A DNA stretch of 63,922 bases, the filler included, from Octopus bimaculoides (lineage: Eukaryota), in the NCBI RefSeq assembly GCF_001194135.2. It is 11 parts of 10 records of this genome, joined end to end, with 100 filler letters (N's around TTAATTAATTAA, not from the genome) between each part and the next. Parts side by side here need not be neighbours in the genome. Positions count along the whole stretch, not along the records: positions 50,724 to 55,958 come from NC_068996.1; positions 56,059 to 57,831 come from NW_026433546.1; positions 57,932 to 59,848 come from NW_026368784.1; positions 59,949 to 62,464 come from NW_026439503.1; positions 62,565 to 63,922 come from NC_068983.1; 6 more parts are not named here. One strand, written 5' to 3'. Shown here one piece after another: positions 55,701 to 63,922 of this stretch (the first letter of the stretch is position 1; each line of letters opens with the position of its first letter). The position numbers were made by a program, and so were the translations under genes. A model generated the notes under the pieces. The model did not search any database and had not been told where the DNA came from. It saw nothing but the letters and a program-made list of their open reading frames with translations.

Positions 55701-56640
55701 TAATATGCGCCAAAATTCACAGATTTGAATTAAGAACCTCGTGAATTCCATTTTATGTCTCTTATCTATTTATATAAACTTTACGGACACCAAGGAATTC
55801 CTGATGTATATCCAGTAGCATATGGATCCCTTGTGTTGTTGACATCAGGTACCCAATAACTGGGGACGAGCTTTACACAATACCCTACAAGGTTTCTACC
55901 CGGGTATAATTTAACGATATGTATGTGTGTGAGAGAGAGCGTGTGTGCCTCTGTGTGTNNNNNNNNNNNNNNNNNNNNNNNNNNNNNNNNNNNNNNNNNN
56001 NNTTAATTAATTAANNNNNNNNNNNNNNNNNNNNNNNNNNNNNNNNNNNNNNNNNNNNCATACTTAAGCGCGCACACATTTAATGCTACATTCATACGCA
56101 CACATAAACACGAGCGCGCATGCGCATATGCATATTTCGATACGAATTTCATTCATGCATGCACGTACACAAAATATACTTGAATTTGTGAATTTGTGGA
56201 CACAAACGCGTGTTTATGTATTTGAGCATAAAGTTTGAGAGATTGTGTACATGTGTGTGTGTGTGCGTGTGTGTGCNNNNNNNNNNTTTGAGAGATTGTG
56301 TACATGTGTGTGTGTGTGCGTGTGTGTGCGTGTGTACGTGTGTGTGTGTGTGTGTGTGTTTGTGTACATTTGTGTGCGTTTGTTTTGTGTGTGTATTGTG
56401 TGTGATGTGTACGGGGGTTTGTTAGGTGGCTGGTGGCTGTGTATTTATTGATGTGCAGTTAGTATTTATTCAAGTTTGCATTCGACGAGAGAGTCTCTTA
56501 GAAATGACAACACTTACAACTGGTTTCTTTGATAGAGACGCACCACCACCACTACCAACTACAACAACAACAACAACAGCAACACTCAGAAAGTCTCCTT
56601 AATTGCCTCGGGCTTCTTCACGTTCCAAGAACCTTGTTAG

Positions 56641-56766
56641 GTTAATGATGTGCTTGCGAAACATTTTTGCAGAAATGGTACATTTTTCTACATTGCCATG
56701 GTGCTGCCGACTAAAGAAAGAGCATCTGCTCTGGCTTACGGTGGTGGCATAGAAGAAAGATGGAAA
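56641..56766 (+). CDS. Candidate internal exon of an unidentified gene (phase 0-0, 126 nt)
   Basis: ttgttag|GTT..AAA|gtaagc; open frame VNDVLAKHFCRNGTFFYIAMVLPTKERASALAYGGGIEERWK; no recognised homology. Confidence 0.3.
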
Positions 56767-57614
56767 GTAAGCGAAAGAGAGTTGCCAGTAGGTTGGTGGA
56801 ACGCTAAAGTTAACCAATTAGAGATCGCTTGTCAATTAACAGAATGTTATTGTTGTAGTTGTTGTAGTCTGCCTGTTTGTTTGTTTGTTCCTGGAATCAC
56901 ATGCTGCATGTATTTTAAGCACTGGAAATGTTTAATTTTATACTGTGGAATCATTAGGTAGACTTGGCAACTAACAAGATCTTGAGTGTGGAAATAAAAG
57001 TGACGTTACCTTGACTAATTGCTAAAGGTTTCTCACGAACGAAATGAAAAAGAAAAGGAAGTCTTGGACACGCGTGTTCCAAATATAGATCAATGCTACT
57101 GCAACTTTACCAACAACTCTTGTTTCATCAATATGACTATTATCAGAGATTCAGCTTTTAATGTAATAAAATGTATCCATCTGTCTTGGAGAGAAAAAAA
57201 AATGTGTCTTTTGTCTAAAGATGCATGTGTTAAATATAACCAGCCAAGGATTGTTTTGGCGTTTCTTATGAAATATAAAGGTTACCATAGTAACCAACCT
57301 CCCAATAATGGTAATACTAGTAGTATTATTTGTATGTCCTGGAAATCGCTGCCACTGCTGCTATTTATTTATGAAGATAATAACGGTTCATTAGTGTATA
57401 TCCTGCTAATTGCTGCTCCAGCTGCGATTGTTATAAATCTTATTACTGACGGTTGCAAATTAAACGTACCTGCTGGTAATTACTGCTACTCTCGCTATTA
57501 TCAGTAATGCTGCTGCTGCTGTTGCTGCTGCTGATGATGATGATCATCATCATCATCGTCATAATCATCATCATCATCATCATCATCATCACCGTCATTA
57601 TCATTCATACTTCT

Positions 57615-57820
57615 TTCTTTTACTTGTTTCAGTCATTTGACTGCGGCCACGCTGGGGCACAGCCTTGAATGGTTTAAGTCGAACAAATCAACCCCCAAGA
57701 CTTCTTCTTTTAAAGCCTAGTATTTTTTCTATCGGGTCTCTTTTGCCGAACCGCTCGATTACGGGGACATAAATACGCCAACATCGGTAGGCAGGTTGTG
57801 GTGCGGGACAAATACAAACA
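57615..57820 (-). mobile_element. SINE family A, 3' half
   Basis: tttcagtcatttgactgcggcc..gtcgaacaaatc..ttttgccgaaccgct. Confidence 0.85.
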
Positions 57821-58026
57821 CACACACACACNNNNNNNNNNNNNNNNNNNNNNNNNNNNNNNNNNNNNNNNNNNNTTAATTAATTAANNNNNNNNNNNNN
57901 NNNNNNNNNNNNNNNNNNNNNNNNNNNNNNNTAAACCCACTCCAAACTTTATGGCCTTGTGCTTTTAGTAGACAGGATTATTAAAGGGCGCCCCTGCACA
58001 TCCCCACCTCTCTTTTTCCCACTCTG

Positions 58027-58067
<41 letters not shown>

Positions 58068-58149
58068 ATGTGGTTACTCGAAAGTGCTGCTAGAAATAGT
58101 AACAAGTCTCCCTCAAAATTAAATCTTACGAATTCTTATAATGAAGGCG

Positions 58150-58360
58150 TGTGACTAAGTTGGTAGGGTATTTACCTCCCGATCGTACAGTTTTGAGTTC
58201 GATACCTAGGGGTGCATTCTGTCTTCAAGTAAGGCACTTTATTTTCACGTTGCTCCGGTCCACGCACCTGATAAAAATGAGTTGTACCTGTAATTCAAAG
58301 GGGCCAAACTTGTCGCAATATGTGTCACGCTGAATGTCCCTGAAAACTACGTTAAGGGTA
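58150..58360 (+). mobile_element. SINE family D
   Basis: Similar to 6895-7175. Confidence 0.75.
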
Positions 58361-58374
58361 TGTGTGTATCTTCT

Positions 58375-58572
58375 TTACTCAACAACACAGGTTGTCAAAC
58401 GATGGTGGGACACACACACACATGCGATGGGCTTCTTTCAGTTTCCGTCTACCAAATCCACTCACAAGTCTTTGGTCGGCTCGAGAGTATAGTAGAAGAC
58501 ACTTGACTAAGGTGCCACGCAGTAGGACTGAACCCAGAACGATGTGGTTGGGAGGAAAGCACACAGCCACGC
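58375..58572 (-). mobile_element. SINE family A, 5' half
   Basis: Reverse complement of the head. Confidence 0.85.
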
Positions 58573-58633
58573 ATAATTAATGTTTGCTTTTATGTTCAAT
58601 TGTAATAAAAGCAATTTTACATTAACCTGACGA

Positions 58634-58996
58634 TACAGTTCTATATTCTAGATGAGGAATTATGTACATTATTTACAATTGACGGATATTTCACCTCGTC
58701 TTGTTTGTTATTAACACGACGTTTCAGTTGATATACCCTCCAGCTTTCATCAGGTGTCTTGGGGAAATTTTGAACTTGGGTTCTCATTCCTAAGGCATTT
58801 TCGATGTTATTATTATTATTATTATTCAGGTCACAGCCTGGAATCGAACTCAGAATCTTGGGGTTAGTAACCTGCGCTCTTAACCACTACGCCATATGTC
58901 CATAATAGTAATTACTTCGAAAAATACCTTGGAAATGAGAATCCAGGTTCGAAATTGCCCCAAGTCATCTGATGAAGGCTGGAGGGTCTATCAGCC
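58634..58996 (-). mobile_element. ORF-less tRNA-head/(AAT)n/HHR unit of the PLE family, with 5' inverted partial copy
   Basis: 58634-58898 matches 19958-20096 plus 21094-21260; 58917-58996 is an inverted copy of about 58725-58804. Confidence 0.9.
58713..58758 (-). ncRNA. Minimal type I hammerhead ribozyme
   Basis: GACAC-CTGATGA-aAGCTG gagggtatat CAACT-GAAACGTC-GTGTT; intact core, GUC triplet, ACGT palindromic stem III. Confidence 0.8.
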
Positions 58997-59280
58997 AAAA
59001 AATATGGAAAGAAAATAAATAAATAATGGCATCGATTCTTTCGACTAAGATTCTTCACGGTGGTGCCCCAGCATGGTCGCAGACTAATGATTGCGACAGG
59101 TATAAGAATAAAAGAAAAAAAAGAGGAAAAGCGAAATATAAAATGGACAATAATTAGACAACAAAAACTTCTAATGTAATAATAATATTGTTTAATTACC
59201 CAGAGTAATTAATTCATTTAATTAAGGTTAACAGATTTATTAAATAAAAAGAATTAAAATCATTCTTTTTAATTGCTATT

Positions 59281-59618
59281 ATGGCGCAAGCGTGGCTGTG
59301 TGGTAAGAAGTTTCCTTCCCAACCACATGGTTCTGGGTTCAATCCCATAGCGTGGCATCTTGAGCAAGTGTTTTTCTACTACAGTCAGAGACCAACCGAG
59401 GGGTTTTGAGTAGATTTGGCAGATGGAAGCTGAAAGAAGCCCGTCGTATGTATGTGTGTGTGTGTGTATGTGTGTGTGTGTGAGTTGACATGACAGTGTT
59501 GTAAGAAGCTTACTTCCCAATCACATGGTTCTGGGTTCAGTCCCACCGTGTGGCACCTTGGGCAAGTGTGTCTCTACAATACCCTCGGATCCACCAAAGC
59601 CTTGTGAGTGGATTTGGC
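59281..59618 (+). mobile_element. Two SINE family A 5' halves separated by (TG)n
   Basis: ggcgcaagcgtggctgtgtggtaagaag..ggttctgggttcaatccc, repeated at about 59495. Confidence 0.85.
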
Positions 59619-59807
59619 AACAAGCAAAAGATAAAAGGATGCATGGTAGATGGAAATACTGGGAGATAGACAGACAGGGCTAGACAAATCTAAACGTTAA
59701 GCGGAAGATAGATAGATAGATGGATGGATAGATAGATGGATGGATAGATGGAAGGATAAAAAGAAAAAAAAAGCAGAGTGTGCATGTGTGAAATTAAATA
59801 AAAATTC

Positions 59808-59848
<41 letters not shown>

Positions 59849-60129
59849 NNNNNNNNNNNNNNNNNNNNNNNNNNNNNNNNNNNNNNNNNNNNTTAATTAA
59901 TTAANNNNNNNNNNNNNNNNNNNNNNNNNNNNNNNNNNNNNNNNNNNNGATATTTTGTTATGTACAACTCAGTTTTGATTCTCACTTGGAATAGTTTCTC
60001 ATACATCACCAATATTCTTGAAAAAAAAATCTTCATGGCCTTTGAAGGAAAGAACATTTTAATCAGTAAATTTGAAATTCTGAAGGATGTCATAACTGTT
60101 GATTTATTTATCAAGGAAGAAGCCTTTCT

Positions 60130-60360
60130 TCAAACTGGTAGAAATAGCAATAAAATCTCATTCAAATCAAACATAACCATATTTAAAATAGGTGTAACAT
60201 TAGATAATGTAGCCCTAGTTATACATTTTCTTAAATGAGAAAGAAACAGAATGGTCAAATAATCGTAGGNNNNNNNNNNTCCCAGATCGGGACAATCAAA
60301 ACTGAAAGTAATATCACAAGTTGCAAACAGACATAGACTCTGCCTCGATCTTTTCATTTA
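60130..60360 (+). mobile_element. Repeat family E copy
   Basis: tagaaatagcaa..aaatctc..tagataatgtagccctag..atggtca. Confidence 0.6.
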
Positions 60361-61789
60361 TAGAAACGTCGAGGAAGTAATACCCACAGAGAGAAAAGGC
60401 GCTACCAGCATGCGGATAGTTCACATTACAGCAGATTAGACTAGAGTGATGTGAATTGAAGTATCTTGTTCAAGAACGCAATGTGCGAGTAGTCCAGGAA
60501 TTAAACTTGCAGCCTTGTGATCATGAACCAAACACGCCTAAAAACTAGTTCATGCGCCTTCGCTAGAAAATCCAATCTCAGGAGGATTTGACCTGAAGAT
60601 AAAGAAAGACGATATCAGATACGTTTGTGCCTTTGTCCGTTGCACAACCGGGTTTGACATCCCATCTTCTTGAACAACCACGACTTACTATTAATTGTCC
60701 AGGGGTATAAAGTCTGTATGTAGTTTTCACAACATATTCAGTCTCCACAAAAATGTCAGTACATATCTATATATTCTGATTTCGAATCCTGTCAAGGTCC
60801 ACTTTACTTCTCACTATTCTGTTGATTAACAACCCAGTCAAGATGGTATTTTCTTCCTCTCCTACTCTTGTATTTGCACACATCTACAAAATGACTTTCT
60901 GAAATAAACTTTCCATTATGCAGCTGGCGAGTGCATTTTCATTGCACATCTTATGTGGTGTTCTCACTACACAAATAAATGAAATTTGTACGAAACGTAC
61001 GTACTGCTATAACCTAATGAATTTTTGTTGCTTTTCTTCAAATTTTATTCACCAAATCTCTTGATTTCGTTTTTGGTTTTTACCCTACCAAATTCTGGTG
61101 CCTCAAACATTTTAAGTACCACATTTAATCTTTTGATTAAATCTATGTTATTACTTCTCAAGGTATATAAAATAAGTCGCACTGAAGTACTGAAGTCGGC
61201 GTAAGAGATATCATCAATTCGACTTCAGTGACAAACAATCATAATTCTCTCCTTTAAAGACCATCTAAGCGTTCAACTTCATTGTTTTGCTATAAAAGCG
61301 AAGTATTTGAAGCATCAGAAATGACATCAATAGATTAAATAAAGTAGATATATTTTCATGCACCTCGAGGTTATATTGTTTTTAATAAGACCATAAAATT
61401 ATCATAATACTTTCAGAGAAAAGTGCCGAGTCATTGATGCTCTTTTACCCCAGTTAATTACAACAAAGACAGATATCTGTTTGAGCTGACAACTATATTT
61501 ACATAAAAACATTTTTTACTGGAAATCATCGTAACGTGTTAACTGGAGCCAAACGAAATTAAGTTTGCGTCATATACGAACTCAGGGCTAATCGCTTGGT
61601 ATTTTATGTGTATTCTAACAAGCCTTTTTCTTTGCAAATAAGAATTTACCAAACAGCCATTGAAGCTGATACTTAATTCTATATACTGGATTCTCCCTGA
61701 TATCAGTACACTATGGTATTTTGGCAGCCGCCTTTATATCTTAGGAATATGAAAAGTACCAAGGTTTCTACTTGGCAATAAAGGGCCCT

Positions 61790-61975
61790 CGAGCGAAATG
61801 CTTAGCGGTATTTCGTCTGTCTTTACGTTCTGAGTTCAAATTCCGCCGAGGTCGACTTTGCCTTTCATCCTTTCGGGGTCGATAAATTAAGTACCAGTTA
61901 CGTAGTGGGTCGATCTAATCGACTGGCCCCCTTCCCAAAAATGTCGGGCCTTGTGCCCAGTGTAGAAAAGAATAA
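61790..61975 (+). mobile_element. SINE family B (best-conserved copy)
   Basis: gagttcaaattcc B box plus core gtcgactttgcctttcatcctttcggggtcgataaattaagtaccag, which resembles the Meta/MESC-type SINE core (from memory, unverified). Confidence 0.9.
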
Positions 61976-61979
61976 AGGG

Positions 61980-62160
61980 CCCTCTGTGGTTGTTCGGCTT
62001 ACAAGAAATAGCAGCCAAATATCTTCCCCCACATTCTCTCTCTCTCTCTCAGCCGTCGTAAAGAAAAGACAAAATGGGCAATGTAGACCTTGGCATACAA
62101 AATAACAAGATGTTCACGTCTGGAATGTCATTGACCCTAGGTTTGTATTATTAGAACTTA
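61980..62160 (+). mobile_element. Repeat family E copy
   Basis: gaaatagcagccaaatatc..gccgtcgtaaagaaaag. Confidence 0.55.
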
Positions 62161-62688
62161 TTTGAAAATAAAAGTAACTTCTACAGCATTGAGTTCCTAG
62201 AGTTAAACTTGCGATACAGTCTCAGTTCTCAGTTGTTGTTATATAGCTTGTCTTCTAAATCGAGAATGGGATGAATGTCATGTAATCTCATATCTATAAA
62301 CGTTATAAATCTAATGATAAACATATATAAATCTCACTTACTTTGGTAATTATTGGAATAAATCGATGCTTTAATGGATCCAGAGCTTGCCAGAATGTTA
62401 TGAAAATCATGTCTACAGATAGATTTGCTCCAATGAAAATAAACAACCGTAAATCTTTAATAACNNNNNNNNNNNNNNNNNNNNNNNNNNNNNNNNNNNN
62501 NNNNNNNNTTAATTAATTAANNNNNNNNNNNNNNNNNNNNNNNNNNNNNNNNNNNNNNNNNNNNCACACATACAGGGCGCGTAAGGTATTTGAGGACATA
62601 CCTTTTTGGGGTCATTGCTGCATTTTTGCTAGCTCTATAATTTTTGTTTCAGAAAATGATAATGACAGACCCTCAGCTTACTTAAAAA

Positions 62689-63673
62689 ATGAAAAAGCAT
62701 GCTGTTATTGTGGTTATAAAGGCTGAGCATAGCGATTTAGAAATATCTCGAGTTTTAAAAGTTGCCAGATCTTTCATCTATAAAGTTTGTAAGGAGCTAG
62801 AGACTGAAGATGGAAACGTATCACCAGTACCAAAGTATAAAAAGCATTCTAAACGCTCTGAAATCATCAGAACACCTGAATTTATCCAGCAAGTTCAAGA
62901 GACCATTGATTACAATCCCAGAAAGTCCATGATGTCAATTACAAAAGATCTCCGTGTGTCACAAGGAACAATCAGAAATGTTGTCCACAAAAACATCAGA
63001 TATTAGTCATATATGATGAGGAGAGGTCAATTTTTCAGAAAAAGCAAAAGAAAATCACTACATCAGATCTAAAAGACTCTTAAACAAACTGAAAAATCCA
63101 GCAGAAGATTTGATTTGGTTTTTCTCAAGCGAGAATAACTTCGACCAAGATCTAAAAGTTAACAGAAGAAATGACAGATGGTTATGTGCAGACCATTCTG
63201 AAGTTCCTTTACTGCAACTGTCATGGTTTTAGGGGTTGTTAGCAACGAAGAACATTTGATGCCTCCTTACTTCTTTCCACAACTCTGTCGCCTACATTGA
63301 AGTCCTGGAAATAATTGTTAAGCCCTGGGTAGACAGTGTATGCAATGGAAGGCCACATGTGTGTCAGTAAGACTCTGCACTATCACACATGGCTCTAATA
63401 ACACAGGAATGGATGGCTGAAAATTTTCATGACCACATAACCCTTAACATTTGGCCTCCTAATTCTCCAGATCTCAATCTATTGGACTATTACATGGGGA
63501 GCGCTGTTGAGAGAGAGGTCAATGAACACGCCCATAACACCAAAGATTCTATGGAAGCTGCCATAGTCCGAGTAATGTGCAAAATAAACCAGGACCACTT
63601 GATTCGAGCATGTAGATGATTGAGATCTCATATAGAAGCAGTTGTTGAAGCTGAAGGTGGCTTTATTGAATAA
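62689..63673 (+). pseudogene. Tc1/mariner DD37D (maT-like) transposase pseudogene
   Basis: HTH-like N-terminus; *DSALSH..WPPNSPDLNLLDY with 37 residues between D2 and D3; ends VEAEGGFIE*; several stops and frameshifts. Confidence 0.9.
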
Positions 63674-63742
63674 CATTATGGGAAAGAAGGTTCATTTTTA
63701 TCCTCAAAGAATTGTTTGATGAATAAAATTATCATCTGTTAT

Positions 63743-63767
63743 CCATATATATAAAAATGAGAATGTG

Positions 63768-63798
<31 letters not shown>

Positions 63799-63922
63799 GT
63801 GTGTGAATCCCTAAAACTCGAGAACTACGCAACCAATTTCATTCAAATTTTACACATGCCTTACTTAGGGTTCCAGTTGTGTTTTAGTCAAAATTTTTTT
63901 TTAACTTCTTGCAGAGTTCGAG
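63743..63922 (+). mobile_element. Non-autonomous Helitron/Helentron (DINE-like) 5' portion
   Basis: atatatataaaaatgagaatgtg + (GTCT)n + caaccaatttcattcaaattttacaca layout; runs off the window. Confidence 0.55.

Noticed and set aside
56222-56330. Tandem duplicate around a 10-N gap (also near 49900-49945)
   Set aside because: Likely an unmerged contig overlap.
57019-57507. 162-aa ORF
   Set aside because: No recognisable motif, AT-rich composition, no clear splice signals.

Overview
AT-rich, microsatellite-saturated, gappy animal genomic DNA. The SINE families and repeat landscape suggest an octopod cephalopod (Octopus-like); this is an inference. No protein-coding gene can be named, and only a few weak exon candidates are visible. 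The window is mostly decayed transposable elements: several tRNA-derived SINE families, two RTE fragments, an R4/Dong-like RLE retroposon inside (TAA)n, two mariner-type MITEs, a DD37D (maT) transposase pseudogene and a Helitron/Helentron-like end. The main signal missed by the ORF track is a set of type I hammerhead-ribozyme (HHR) motifs in about five to six unrelated repeat families, two of them tied to Penelope-like element (PLE) ORFs. In one family the PLE terminal repeat is a tRNA-like Pol III promoter, then (AAT)n, then an HHR. It occurs directly after a PLE RT/GIY-YIG ORF (19958-21260) and also as an ORF-less SINE-like unit (58634-58996). Four HHR-bearing insertions share a 5' inverted-copy (fold-back) architecture. 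SINE boundaries are approximate and all structures were folded by eye.
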